Below the pieces are notes generated by a model, which was not told the DNA's origin, made no database searches, and was given only the letters and a program-made list of their open reading frames with translations. DNA of 64,000 nt from an uncultured Verrucomicrobiae bacterium (GTDB taxonomy: Bacteria; Verrucomicrobiota; Verrucomicrobiia; Limisphaerales; Palsa-1400). Location: positions 3,392,001 to 3,456,000 of the forward strand of contig CAVXRD010000002.1 of assembly GCA_963764165.1 (NCBI GenBank). Reading direction: 5' to 3'. The position numbers and the translations under genes were made by a program. Below, in pieces: positions 47,406-57,183 of the stretch (position 1 is the stretch's first letter; every line of letters starts with the position of its first letter).

Positions 47406-48032
47406 ATGGCCGCTGGCGCATACATTTTTATTATTGTCGTTTCCTATATTTTAGGAGCGACACCCTCCGGCTTTTTAGTCGGCAAAGCCCGCGGCATTGA
47501 TGTGAGGACGGCTGGCAGTGGGAACATCGGCGCGACCAACGTCATGCGCGTGCTGGGGCGGGGGGCGGGAATCACGGTGTTCGTGGCGGATGGACTCAAG
47601 GGATTCATCGCCGCCCGCTGGCTGCCGCTGCTCGCGCTGGTTCTTTTTCCTTCTCCCACCACGCCCGCGGAATATCTCGCAGTGGCGGGAGGGGCGGCGG
47701 CGATTGTCGGCCATATCTATACTTTTTGGCTGCACTTCAAAGGCGGCAAAGGCGTGGCCACCACGGCGGGCGTTGTGATGGCGTGGGCGCCCGCTGCGTG
47801 TTTGACAGCCCTGGCGACATGGATTTTTCTAGTGGCACTGACTCGCTTTGTTTCGGTCGGGTCCATTGCGGCGGCGATCGTTTTGCCGTTTGCGGTATGG
47901 GGCTGGGGCGGCGGGCCGACCATGACTGGCGTAATGACGTGTGTGAGCATTCTCGCGATTTACAAACATAAGGGCAATATCCAGCGCCTGCTTAAGGGCG
48001 AGGAAAGCCGGATTGGAAAGGGCAAGAAGTGA
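47406..48032 (+). CDS. plsY: Glycerol-3-phosphate acyltransferase
   Basis: GSGNIGATN, GH.Y..WLHFKGGKGVAT, HKGNI.RL..GEE. Confidence 0.95.
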   Translation: MAAGAYIFIIVVSYILGATPSGFLVGKARGIDVRTAGSGNIGATNVMRVLGRGAGITVFVADGLKGFIAARWLPLLALVLFPSPTTPAEYLAVAGGAAAIVGHIYTFWLHFKGGKGVATTAGVVMAWAPAACLTALATWIFLVALTRFVSVGSIAAAIVLPFAVWGWGGGPTMTGVMTCVSILAIYKHKGNIQRLLKGEESRIGKGKK

Positions 48033-49009
48033 ACGTGACCGTCCTCGGGGCCGGCGCGTGGGGCACCGCGCTGGCCAACGTGCTGCGCCAAAACGAACAC
48101 GCCGTCACCCTTTGGGGCCACGACCGCGAGCGCCTTGAGCAGCTTCGCGAGGCGGGCGAAAACAACCGCTACCTTCCGGGAATCGCGCTGTCAAAAGGAA
48201 TTATATTTCAACCGGACGCGGCGCGAGCCGTCCAGGGCGCCGAATGCGTGGTCATTGCGGTGCCTTCGAAATTTCTGCGCGAAGTGACGGGCCAGTTGCC
48301 GCAATTCAGCGGCCTGGCGGTCAGTGTGACGAAAGGGATCGAGTACGAAACCGGCCTGACCATGTGCGGCATTCTTGAGCAGACGATGCCGGAGGCAAAC
48401 GCCGCCGCGCTCTCGGGCCCGACACTCGCCTTGGAAGTCGCCAAGGGAATTCCCGCAGCCTCGGTCGCGGCGCATCCGGATGCCGAAACCGCCAGACAGG
48501 TGCAGGCGCTTTTCGGACGGCCCACCTTTCGCGTCTATACCAGCCAGGACGTGGCTGGCGTTGAGTTTGGCGGCGCGATTAAAAATGTCGTCGCGCTGGC
48601 CGCCGGCGTATGCGATGGCCTTGGTTTTGGCGACAACGCGAAGGCGGGATTAATCACGCGCGGATTGGCGGAGATGCGCCGCCTGGGCGTGGCACAAGGC
48701 GCGCTGGCGGAGACATTTTCCGGGCTGAGCGGCCTGGGTGATTTGGCTGCGACCTGTTATTCGCGCCTCAGCCGCAATCGCGCGTTTGGCGAGCGCGTCG
48801 GGCGCGGAGAAAAAATTGAATCGATCCTCGCCGCCACACCGAGCGTGGCCGAGGGCTATCCGACGGCGCGCTCGGCTTATCATCTTGCGCGAAAACTTCA
48901 GATCGGCACTCCTATTATTGACGCCGTCCACGCCATTCTTTACGAAGGCAGGAACGTCAGCCGCGCCGTGCAGGATTTGATGGGCCGCGAGCAAAAAGCC
49001 GAAGACTAA
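48029..49009 (+). CDS. gpsA: NAD(P)H-dependent glycerol-3-phosphate dehydrogenase
   Basis: GAGAWGTALA, TKGIE, SGP, KNV.A, G.GDL..TC.S..SRN. Confidence 0.95.
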   Translation: MNVTVLGAGAWGTALANVLRQNEHAVTLWGHDRERLEQLREAGENNRYLPGIALSKGIIFQPDAARAVQGAECVVIAVPSKFLREVTGQLPQFSGLAVSVTKGIEYETGLTMCGILEQTMPEANAAALSGPTLALEVAKGIPAASVAAHPDAETARQVQALFGRPTFRVYTSQDVAGVEFGGAIKNVVALAAGVCDGLGFGDNAKAGLITRGLAEMRRLGVAQGALAETFSGLSGLGDLAATCYSRLSRNRAFGERVGRGEKIESILAATPSVAEGYPTARSAYHLARKLQIGTPIIDAVHAILYEGRNVSRAVQDLMGREQKAED

Positions 49010-49133
49010 GCCCGCCCAGGTGCTCGGCAACGCCTCGCGTGGCGGGAAGCAGCAAGGGCTGATATGACCAGCTAACGCACCCTGAGCTTCCCCCGATTTA
49101 GTGGTCACGCCGTGGATTGGCGAACTTGAGTTT

Positions 49134-49988
49134 TCAGTGTTTGCTGGCTGAGGCCCGGCGCTGCCATGTTGACTCCGGCACAAAGCTTTGGGAAGACGTG
49201 CTCCAGGAAAAAGTGGTTCTCTTGTACAGTGGCAGCAAATCCCGCTCAGTGATCTCCTCAAATGCCCGCCTGTTGCCGCTTGTGGTATATACCCGGAGCA
49301 CGTTCTTCTTTCCGGAGATCAATCCTGAGAAATCCACGTTGCTGTATGAATACCCCTTGCTCGTGCTGGTCGTTTGTCCGTCCCCGTCCCACTTCAAACA
49401 ACGCAGGTCGCCATCTTCGACTCGATACATCTCACAGGAAAAATCTCGCGTGTTTCCTCCTTCGTCGCGGAACAGAAGCAGCGATGGATTCCTTTCAAAG
49501 CGACTTTGAATCAGCGTCAGCGAATATTGGTTGCCCAGACCATTTCCAAGGCAATGGGCCGCGAGCAAGGCGCCGTTTCCCGCGAGCACTAATCTGGCCT
49601 CAGTCTCGGTTGGCTCCTCGTCCGATTGGCTCACCAGCACCGCCACTGTGTTCGTGCCGTGCCAGGAGCCAGTTTTGCCTATTTTTCTTATGACGGGAAT
49701 ATGCGCGCAGGCTTGAATTTCCAAATTGCTGAAGACGTCGCTCCGCGCGGACTTTTCCTTGGAATTCATCCCGAAGCATAGAATTGGCAGAAGCTCATCA
49801 CGGGCTTTCGTCGGATCAAATGGATTGCTCGGCGGGATCGTCCATTCCGTCCTTTGTTCCAAAGGCGCCACCTCAGAGAAGCCAGAGCTGGGATACAGTC
49901 CAAGCTGAGATGAGCCTGGCATCGCGCAGCCGCAGCAGAGCCAAAGCTGGAGCATCACGGCCAGATAAATTCTCGTTTTAAGCATCAT
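49134..49988 (-). CDS. Hypothetical lipoprotein
   Basis: Lipobox-like LWLCCGC; fills the gap between genes; no recognised domain. Confidence 0.55.
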   Translation of the reverse strand: MMLKTRIYLAVMLQLWLCCGCAMPGSSQLGLYPSSGFSEVAPLEQRTEWTIPPSNPFDPTKARDELLPILCFGMNSKEKSARSDVFSNLEIQACAHIPVIRKIGKTGSWHGTNTVAVLVSQSDEEPTETEARLVLAGNGALLAAHCLGNGLGNQYSLTLIQSRFERNPSLLLFRDEGGNTRDFSCEMYRVEDGDLRCLKWDGDGQTTSTSKGYSYSNVDFSGLISGKKNVLRVYTTSGNRRAFEEITERDLLPLYKRTTFSWSTSSQSFVPESTWQRRASASKH

Positions 49989-50027
49989 CCACCTCAGCCA
50001 CGACCGTGTGCAGAAGCCAGCGCAACA

Positions 50028-51179
50028 TCACTTCACCGAGGTTTCGGGCAGTGGCTTTGTCGAAAGCGTGATGGGGATCCAATTCAGCTTATACAACTGG
50101 CGGTTCTGATAATTGCCGGTCGGAAACAGAATGCAGTCCACTGAATCGGCGCCGGCTTTTTTCTGAAATTTCTGCGAAACAATCGGGACGTACCATCCGA
50201 TTTTATCCGTATCGATGGTTTTGAATGGCGTCCACGGGCCCCACGGTTTCGGCGCCTCGTACCAGATGTTGATGGTGCGGGGATCGTCGCGCAAATTGTA
50301 AGTGGTGTAATGCCATACCACCATCACGTAGCGGCCGAGCGCTGGAATATAGGTCATCCCGGTCATGCTGCAATTAGTCGGATTTTGCAAAATCGGCGCG
50401 GCTTGATCGACGCTCGATTTCCAACTCGCGGCTTTCATGCCGTCGCCGCCTGCAAAGAATTGCCAATCGGCCGCGTTGAGGTTTGGCAGCTTTTTCCGCG
50501 AGACGCGGCCGAGAATATAATAATCGCCGTCCTCAAAATGGCCGTTGTTGGCCACGGCATAGACGTAAGATTTGGCGTTGTCGACCTTGCCTTCTCCGTC
50601 CTTCCCGTACCAAACGAAATACGGCGAGCCGAATTTTTCGCCGGGAAACATGGGATGGGCCATGCTTTCCTCCGCGGTGCGCGTCCACGTTTTGCCTTTG
50701 TCGGTGGATTTGATGATGCTCGAGTTTTTGAAGATGTGCCGATAGTGCGGGTCGTGCGCTTCCTCTGGATACAAACAGCGCGTGACAAACATATAGAGAA
50801 CGCCGTCAACGCAATACGAATTCATCGTTTTCCAATTGGCGTGATCCGCCGCCAATCCAGTGGTGCCGTAGCCGGCCATGTCACTGATCGAGACGCCGTG
50901 AAATTGGGTGGGGTCATCTCCGAGGAGTTTTCCGAAAGCGACGCTGCGGTCGGGAATTCCGCCGAAACTCGATCCATCGTCATTGCCGGAATAAAGCGCG
51001 TCGTCGTCCGCCCAGGTGGGCGCCCATTCGTCGCCGAAACTATTCGTGACTTGGGAGTAATGGGCGTTGAATCGAACGTCAACAATCGGTTTGCTGCCCG
51101 AGGCGAATGCGGAGATCGTTGAAGCCAGTGCCATAACAAGCGCCACCGGCCGCGTGTAAAGATAATTTGCGGAAGCCAT
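50028..51179 (-). CDS. Exported DUF4185-like beta-propeller protein (possible glycoside hydrolase)
   Basis: GDEWAPTWADD..LY...DDG, Asp-box STDKGKTW, YVYA, EAPKPWGPW, WYVP. Confidence 0.6.
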   Translation of the reverse strand: MASANYLYTRPVALVMALASTISAFASGSKPIVDVRFNAHYSQVTNSFGDEWAPTWADDDALYSGNDDGSSFGGIPDRSVAFGKLLGDDPTQFHGVSISDMAGYGTTGLAADHANWKTMNSYCVDGVLYMFVTRCLYPEEAHDPHYRHIFKNSSIIKSTDKGKTWTRTAEESMAHPMFPGEKFGSPYFVWYGKDGEGKVDNAKSYVYAVANNGHFEDGDYYILGRVSRKKLPNLNAADWQFFAGGDGMKAASWKSSVDQAAPILQNPTNCSMTGMTYIPALGRYVMVVWHYTTYNLRDDPRTINIWYEAPKPWGPWTPFKTIDTDKIGWYVPIVSQKFQKKAGADSVDCILFPTGNYQNRQLYKLNWIPITLSTKPLPETSVK

Positions 51180-51215
51180 TCTGGAGTTTGTCAGAATGTC
51201 TCCCGCAAAAGCAAA

Positions 51216-52694
51216 TCAATCGGGATATTGAAATACCCAGTCGCCTTGCTCCCGATCCTGTGCGCCTTCGATGCCCTTGGCAGATTTGGTGAAAACTGTT
51301 TTCCCGCCGTCATCCGTTCCATTCCAGCCGACCGAATATAAAATGAAATTCCCACCCGCGGTGGTGCGGTATACCAGCGGTCGGCCGGTGATGACGTCGT
51401 GCGGGAGCGTTGCTGCGTAACGCGGAACAAGCGCAGCCAGCGACTCGGGGTATTTGCCCTCGGCCAATTTGCATCGCTCAAGCGCCACCGCGACCAACAC
51501 TTCTGAAACGCTGGTCTGTGTATAGGCGGTCTTCACAAAAACGCGCGGGTAACTTCGAGTTGAAGAGGAGGCGACAAAAGTGTGATGAACAACTACTATG
51601 CTGACGGGTCCGGCGTTAGTCAGATTCTGGAGCAATTGCTGGCAGGATCGGACTGCGCTCAGATCGATTCTTTGCGCGGTCGGATTGATGCACGGCATCA
51701 CCGAATCCTCAAGGACATGATTAAGATTGACCTCCTCCATTCGATCCCACCCGCGCAGCGGCAGAAAGTGGCTATTGAAATAGGGACCTGTGCAAATGTT
51801 TCGTTCGCCGCGAATGGACTTCGTGGATGAGGCGAGCAAGTCGAATTGGCCAAGCAACTCCTGCAATTGCTTGAGCTGCGCATCCGTCCAACGGTGTTCG
51901 ATCAAACCCTGCGCCACAGGTTGCAGCGTAATCTCCACGCAAGCGAATCCAACGAGTTGCGAGATCAGCAGCGGCCCATCGAGAAGCCCTTTGTCGCCCC
52001 TGCACAAAAGCCCGATGTCCTCCAAAGCCTGATCTGTTTGACCCGCAGCCAGTTCCGCTTCGGCCTTCAGAGATAACACTCTTGTAAACTGCTTCGCGCG
52101 GCCAAATGTCTCCAAAATAAGGGACTGCACGTTGGTATTATCCGCCCAATGGTCATAATCGAAATCAAGCCGGAATTGCGTCCGATTTCCTGCCGTTTTG
52201 AGCTCGGCCAACAAGGGTTCCTGCGTGTTTAACTCCTCGAGCACGATGTCGGCGGCTTTGGCTGGATCGGATGTGGGTTTTCCGTAGGCCTGAGCCCAGT
52301 TTGTGAGATCCGAGGAGAAACCAAATCTCCACTTTGTCCGGCGAGGCAGCTCAACATCCGCAGGAAGGTGGCTTGCATCATCCACTTGTTGTGCGTGCAG
52401 AACCTGAGGGCCGTGGCGAACGACCACGTTGCTGAGTATGAAGTTCTCGGTAAAAAATGGGATCTTGGCGAGGTTGTGCTCGTCAGGCACGCTTCGCGGA
52501 ACGACACTCGCTATGTCAAAATGTTCGCCTTTGGCTTCCAGTTCCTTTTTGTAGTTCGTCCACGCGTGAACGCCGCGCCAATTTTCCTCGGCGACAATTA
52601 AAGCGCCGAGCGTAACCAGGGCAACAAGCAGAAAGACTGTGCGGCGAATGTATTTGACAATTCGGGACGATTTCTTGGGTGCGGGAGTTTCCAT
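51216..52694 (-). CDS. Membrane-anchored hypothetical with pseudopilin-G-like C-terminal motif
   Basis: N-terminal TM; ALER.KL..G.YPESL..LVP.Y...LP.D...G.PL.Y...FILYSVGWNGTDDGG. Confidence 0.65.
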   Translation of the reverse strand: METPAPKKSSRIVKYIRRTVFLLVALVTLGALIVAEENWRGVHAWTNYKKELEAKGEHFDIASVVPRSVPDEHNLAKIPFFTENFILSNVVVRHGPQVLHAQQVDDASHLPADVELPRRTKWRFGFSSDLTNWAQAYGKPTSDPAKAADIVLEELNTQEPLLAELKTAGNRTQFRLDFDYDHWADNTNVQSLILETFGRAKQFTRVLSLKAEAELAAGQTDQALEDIGLLCRGDKGLLDGPLLISQLVGFACVEITLQPVAQGLIEHRWTDAQLKQLQELLGQFDLLASSTKSIRGERNICTGPYFNSHFLPLRGWDRMEEVNLNHVLEDSVMPCINPTAQRIDLSAVRSCQQLLQNLTNAGPVSIVVVHHTFVASSSTRSYPRVFVKTAYTQTSVSEVLVAVALERCKLAEGKYPESLAALVPRYAATLPHDVITGRPLVYRTTAGGNFILYSVGWNGTDDGGKTVFTKSAKGIEGAQDREQGDWVFQYPD

Positions 52695-52697
52695 AAA

Positions 52698-53096
52698 TTA
52701 TCCAATCTTCATTCTAATGCTGCGGCTGGTGCGCGGGCGCAGGGCGGGGGCAGGTTCGTTTGCACGGGGCGGTTCGACGGCTTCGCCTGACAGCGAGAAA
52801 TCGTCAGCCTTCTGTTGAAGCAGCGCCATGGACTGCCAGTTGACTTGAACGGGTTTCGTGGAAATCGCTGTATCGGGCGAGGTCAGTTGGAGTAGAAAAA
52901 TGACAACCCACGCCGCCGCCAGCCCCAGCCATGCCTGGGGATTCGGCCAGAACCACTCGTGCCACCAGGGAACTCGCGAAGTGACCGGCTGCGCTTCTGC
53001 TTGCGCTTGCGCGGCGCGCAGGATTTCACTTCGCCATTCCGCAGGAATGGGCCGGACACTTAACCGGCCAAGACGTTTTTCAAAATCTGATTTCAT
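52698..53096 (-). CDS. Putative anti-sigma membrane protein
   Basis: FEKRL...PIPAEWR.EIL, WWHEWFWP..AWLGLAAAW TM; overlaps sigma stop. Confidence 0.6.
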   Translation of the reverse strand: MKSDFEKRLGRLSVRPIPAEWRSEILRAAQAQAEAQPVTSRVPWWHEWFWPNPQAWLGLAAAWVVIFLLQLTSPDTAISTKPVQVNWQSMALLQQKADDFSLSGEAVEPPRANEPAPALRPRTSRSIRMKIG

Positions 53097-53605
53097 TGAA
53101 TTTCGTCATAGATGAGACGCAGACGCTCGCGCAATTTGTCTATCGCGTAGCGGTAGCGGCTGGCGGCTGTGTTGAAAGAAATGCCCAGGGTATCGCCAAT
53201 CTCCTCGAAGGTGAGCTTTTCCCAAAGTTTCAGATGCGCCACCGCCCGCTGATCTGGCGGCAATTCTCCGAGCGCCTTGGAAAGCTCTGCTGCGAATTCA
53301 GTTTCATCCGGATCCCCGGGCGGCGCAAATAGATCACAGCGGTCCTCCGCGAATGCGTCATGATTTCGCTCCCGCGACTCGCGGCGGCGCATCAGGTCGA
53401 TGGCCAGATTATGGGCTTGGCGCAGGAAGTAACCGCGTGGATTTCGGAGGTTTTCCAGAATCGAAGGCTGGCGCGCCAGTTTGACAAAGACATCCTGCAA
53501 CACGTCGCGCGCGTCGGCCTCGTTGCGCAGGAGGTTCAGCGAGAAACTGAAAATTGCCTGCGCATGCTCGTCATAGAGGCGTTCCAAATTCGGTTCGGAT
53601 GCCAT
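53093..53605 (-). CDS. ECF RNA polymerase sigma factor
   Basis: LYDEH, DVLQDVF, LP.DQR, TFEEI, NTAASRYRY. Confidence 0.92.
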   Translation of the reverse strand: MASEPNLERLYDEHAQAIFSFSLNLLRNEADARDVLQDVFVKLARQPSILENLRNPRGYFLRQAHNLAIDLMRRRESRERNHDAFAEDRCDLFAPPGDPDETEFAAELSKALGELPPDQRAVAHLKLWEKLTFEEIGDTLGISFNTAASRYRYAIDKLRERLRLIYDEIQ

Positions 53606-53721
53606 ATCCTGCTTCAAAGACGCGCCCCGGCAATTTAATTGTCTAGAGAAATAAGATGTTTTGGAACAGTGCGCCAGATGGGCGCGGCGGACCTCCGTTT
53701 CATTAACACCCGGCTTCAGCC

Positions 53722-55244
53722 CTTGTCATTACCCATAAGTTCAACGGGCGTTTATTAGTTCAACTCCTTCTGCCATCCACATGAGCCGCTGCCAACCACG
53801 CCAGATGTTTTGCCAGCCCGGCTCTCCGTCGCTGCGGCGGCCGATGAATCCCCCCAGCCGCGCGACGGCTCGCAATAGCTCTCGATAGGTCCAGCATCCC
53901 GGCTTGGGCGCACCAAACCGTTTCTCCAGCAGCTTGATGGCCGCCGTCCCAAATGACTTCTCCTCCACCGGTTCATCGGGCTGTGCGCGCGCCAGCAATT
54001 TGAGGTTGAGCAAACGCACGGCCACCACCGCCAGAACCGCCACTAACGACTCGATGCGATTCTGCTTCTCCATTTGACTGGCCTCCGCGCCCGCTCCGCT
54101 CTTGAGGGCTTTGTGATATTCCTCGACCCACCACCGGGCGCAGTAGCGCCCAACGATTCTTTGGATTTCCGACCAGCGCTCACAAGGCAAGGAGGTCAGC
54201 AAAACCCAATGCAGCCCCTCTACTCCCTCCGGCGGCGCTGCTTCCCGCACCTCGATCGCATGGACGGTCAAACTTTCCATTCTCTGCCCGCCCCGGTAGG
54301 GCCCCTGCAAGGTGACCTTTAAGCAACGCCCCTCGACCACCGCCGTGCGCGCCGCCCTTCCAGGTCTGGCTCGCAGTTCCACCGCCATGCGTCCGCGGAC
54401 GGATCCTTGCGCCAGCTTTTCCAAATAATGCTCGGGGCTTCCAGCCAGACGGCGGTCATGAAAGGCCCGAATGACAAAATCAACCCCCGCCATCAAGCAA
54501 CGCTGGACCGGCTCATAAAAGTCCGCTTCCCGATCGGCCAGGTAGATCCATCGGCAGTCCGCACTGCGGGCCGGGGGAATTTCCCGCAGCACGCTGGCCC
54601 ACCGGTCTGACTCGCGCTGGCGGTCCTGCGTCTGCCGCCGGGTCAGGTCCCGGTGGCGATACAATTGTTGACGGTTCCAGCACTGCTGATCCAGCAATCC
54701 GATGGCCACGCCCTCGGGCCGCTGATTCAAGTCCCAGCCTTCCACGCGCACCGCCAGAGTGGTGTGCAGAAAAAAGCCTCGCCCATCCTGGCTGGTCAGG
54801 CCCATGTCCTCGCAGCAACGCCCTGTAAAATCCAATGGGGTCGTGTCCTCCACTAGCAAATACTCTCCGGGGCGGCAGCATTCCTGGCGCACGCGCTGGC
54901 GATGGGGACTCTGGATTTGTTCAAAGCCGTTGCGCGGATCGGCGAAAAACCGATACGCGCCTTTTAAATCGGCCCACTCTGGAAAGGCCTGAGGCAGCGT
55001 GCCGCCAGGGTGGGCGGCTAGATGATCACCAATACTCACCAGGCGCTTAGAGTAGCGGGCATCGTGAAGGGGCGCACCTGCAAATTCCAGTTGCGCCCAC
55101 TGTGCGGACGGAAGCAAATGTGTATGCATAAGCTGCCACCGTACAGAAATCTACTTGACGTACAAGCCCTAAGTCGTTGTTTGCGAAGGAATTAGAAATT
55201 AGACAACCTAATACATGCTCGCTTTACTTGTGGGTAATGACAAG
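53722..55244 (-). mobile_element. IS4-family insertion sequence (about 1.52 kb), TSD GGCTTCAGCC
   Basis: TIRs CTTGTCATTACCCATAAGT / ACTTGTGGGTAATGACAAG; direct repeats at 53712-21 and 55245-54 (ends ambiguous by 1 nt). Confidence 0.92.
53741..55129 (-). CDS. IS4-family (Tn5/IS50-like) transposase
   Basis: W...EF...L.D.R..RL, EDTT, ADREAD, Y..RW.VEEYHK.LKSG, LGGF.GR..DG.PG. Confidence 0.95.
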   Translation of the reverse strand: MHTHLLPSAQWAQLEFAGAPLHDARYSKRLVSIGDHLAAHPGGTLPQAFPEWADLKGAYRFFADPRNGFEQIQSPHRQRVRQECCRPGEYLLVEDTTPLDFTGRCCEDMGLTSQDGRGFFLHTTLAVRVEGWDLNQRPEGVAIGLLDQQCWNRQQLYRHRDLTRRQTQDRQRESDRWASVLREIPPARSADCRWIYLADREADFYEPVQRCLMAGVDFVIRAFHDRRLAGSPEHYLEKLAQGSVRGRMAVELRARPGRAARTAVVEGRCLKVTLQGPYRGGQRMESLTVHAIEVREAAPPEGVEGLHWVLLTSLPCERWSEIQRIVGRYCARWWVEEYHKALKSGAGAEASQMEKQNRIESLVAVLAVVAVRLLNLKLLARAQPDEPVEEKSFGTAAIKLLEKRFGAPKPGCWTYRELLRAVARLGGFIGRRSDGEPGWQNIWRGWQRLMWMAEGVELINAR

Positions 55245-55570
55245 GGCTTCAGCCGGGTGTTCGGCCACGCCGAGGTTTCTAAACCGCTTCAGCGGTTTTC
55301 CGGCGCGCCTGTAAGCGGTCAAAACCGCTCACATCCTTTCAGTGCCCCTGGCACCCGGCTGAAGCGGGTGTTAATGAGAGGAACGAAGAATTCGCGGACC
55401 GTTTGCGCCGCCGATTAAACACACCGGAAGGCGGCAACGCACATATCCCGAAGCGCGTTCCAACTGTTCTGAATGTCCGACCTCCGGATTCGGTCAAATA
55501 TGAACCGCCGGTGGTTCAGCCGGCTTGTTTTTGGTTGGATTATTAAGCGACAACTTATTAGATTTCTTTT

Positions 55571-56983
55571 ATGGCAGAGAAAACGATGGGCCAAATCCCG
55601 CGGCCAGTGCGGGAACAGTACCAAAAGGGGATGACCGCGTTTGAACGGAAAAACTTCGAATACGCGATCGCCATTTTTACCGCAGTCTTAGCGCAGGAGC
55701 CGGGATTTTTTGAATGCCGCCAGGCTCTTCGTGTTTGCCAGCACAAACAGTCTGGCGGCGGCAGCACGTTTTTCAAAAAAATGCTGAGCGGCGCCGGTTC
55801 CCAGCCGTTGCTGGCCAAGGCACAGATGCAAAAAGACCCTTTGGAGGCCATCAAAACAGCGGAACAAGTTCTCAATTCCGACGCCAACAACACGGCCGCC
55901 CACAAGCTGCTGGCTGAAAATGCGCTTGAAGCCGATTTGCCCAAAACGGCTGTTCTGTCCCTGGAAATTGTCACCAAGAACGCGCCGAAAGACGAGGACG
56001 CGCAGAAGAAACTCGCTCGCGCTTATTCGGCAGCCGGCATGGGCGAAAAGGCCGAAGCGATCATGGCGGAATTGATGCGATTGCATCCGGGTGATTTGAA
56101 GCTGGCGGACGAATTGAAGGACATTTCGGCTCGCAAGACTTTGGCCGAAGGCGGTTATGAAGCTTTGTCCGGCGGCACCGGCTCTTACCGCGATATTTTG
56201 AAGGACAAGGAAAAGTCCGTGGCGATCGAGCAGGAAAACCGGCAGGTGAAATCCGAGGATGTCGCCCAGCGCCAAATCGACAAGCTTGAAGCCGAATTGG
56301 TGCAGACGCCGAACGATTTAAAGAAGCTGCGCACGATTGCGGAACTTTACGTGCAGCAAAAAAATTATGATCGAGCGCTGGAAACGTACCAGCGCATGAG
56401 AGCGCAGGATGCCTCCGACCCATCTCTTCTCAAGGCGATTTCCGATGCGACCCTCAAGAAGCTCGACGCGCAAATGGCGGCGCTGGATCCGCAATCTCCC
56501 AATTACGCGGCAACCAGCGCGCAGTTGCAGGCGGAGAAGGCGAATTTCATGATGGCCGAGGCGAAAGATCGCGTCGAACGCTATCCGAACGACCTGGTCA
56601 TCCGCTTCGAGTATGCCGAGCTTCTTTTCAAAGTCGGCAAGTTCTCCGAGGCGATGCCGGAGTTTCAAAAGGCCAAGAGCAATCCCAACAAACGCCTTGC
56701 GGCGATGTCGTATCTTGGGCAGTGCTTTGCCGCCCGCGGCATGAACGACATGGCGGCGCGGCAATTGCAGGAAGCCATCAAGGAAAAGCCGGTTTTTGAT
56801 GACGAGAAGAAGGAAATGGTCTACGCGCTGGCCGTCATCTACGAAAAAATGCGCAAGCAGCATCAGGCGGACGAATTATTCAAGCAGATCTACGAAATCG
56901 ACATGGGTTTTAAGGACGTCATGGCGAAAGTCGAGGAGTCCTACAATCGGCCGCCGCCGGAAGATCCGCCGCCTGCGGCGTAA
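55571..56983 (+). CDS. TPR-repeat protein
   Basis: Multiple TPR-like helices; C-terminal IYEID..FKDV. Confidence 0.8.
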   Translation: MAEKTMGQIPRPVREQYQKGMTAFERKNFEYAIAIFTAVLAQEPGFFECRQALRVCQHKQSGGGSTFFKKMLSGAGSQPLLAKAQMQKDPLEAIKTAEQVLNSDANNTAAHKLLAENALEADLPKTAVLSLEIVTKNAPKDEDAQKKLARAYSAAGMGEKAEAIMAELMRLHPGDLKLADELKDISARKTLAEGGYEALSGGTGSYRDILKDKEKSVAIEQENRQVKSEDVAQRQIDKLEAELVQTPNDLKKLRTIAELYVQQKNYDRALETYQRMRAQDASDPSLLKAISDATLKKLDAQMAALDPQSPNYAATSAQLQAEKANFMMAEAKDRVERYPNDLVIRFEYAELLFKVGKFSEAMPEFQKAKSNPNKRLAAMSYLGQCFAARGMNDMAARQLQEAIKEKPVFDDEKKEMVYALAVIYEKMRKQHQADELFKQIYEIDMGFKDVMAKVEESYNRPPPEDPPPAA

Positions 56984-56992
56984 TGTTATTAA

Positions 56993-57156
56993 GGCAGGGA
57001 CGCCTCGCCGAGGCGTCCGGGGAGGTGGCGTTTTGTGGGCGCATAATTCGCGCAGAGATTTGGCCAACCCGAGCGCTTTTCCTGCGGAGCTTTTAAGAAA
57101 AAGATCGCGCTCGAAAACTCCCACGGCATCGGACGCCTCGGCGAGGCGTCCCTACC
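56993..57156. repeat. REPIN-like element, family B (intact, 164 bp)
   Basis: GGCAGGGACGCCTCGCCGAGGCGTCC ... GGACGCCTCGGCGAGGCGTCCCTACC between convergent genes. Confidence 0.85.
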
Positions 57157-57183
57157 GTGCAATGCGTCGCTGCGCGACGGACA

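Larger units (their letters stand above)
53698..55379. repeat. REPIN-like element, family C, interrupted by IS4-family element
   Basis: TTTCATTAACACCCGGCTTCAGCC[IS]GGCTTCAGCCGGGTG ... CACCCGGCTGAAGCGGGTGTTAATGAGA. Confidence 0.8.

Noticed and set aside
49010..49133. attC site or integron cassette at the orphan lipoprotein
   Set aside because: No convincing paired R/L boxes and no integrase
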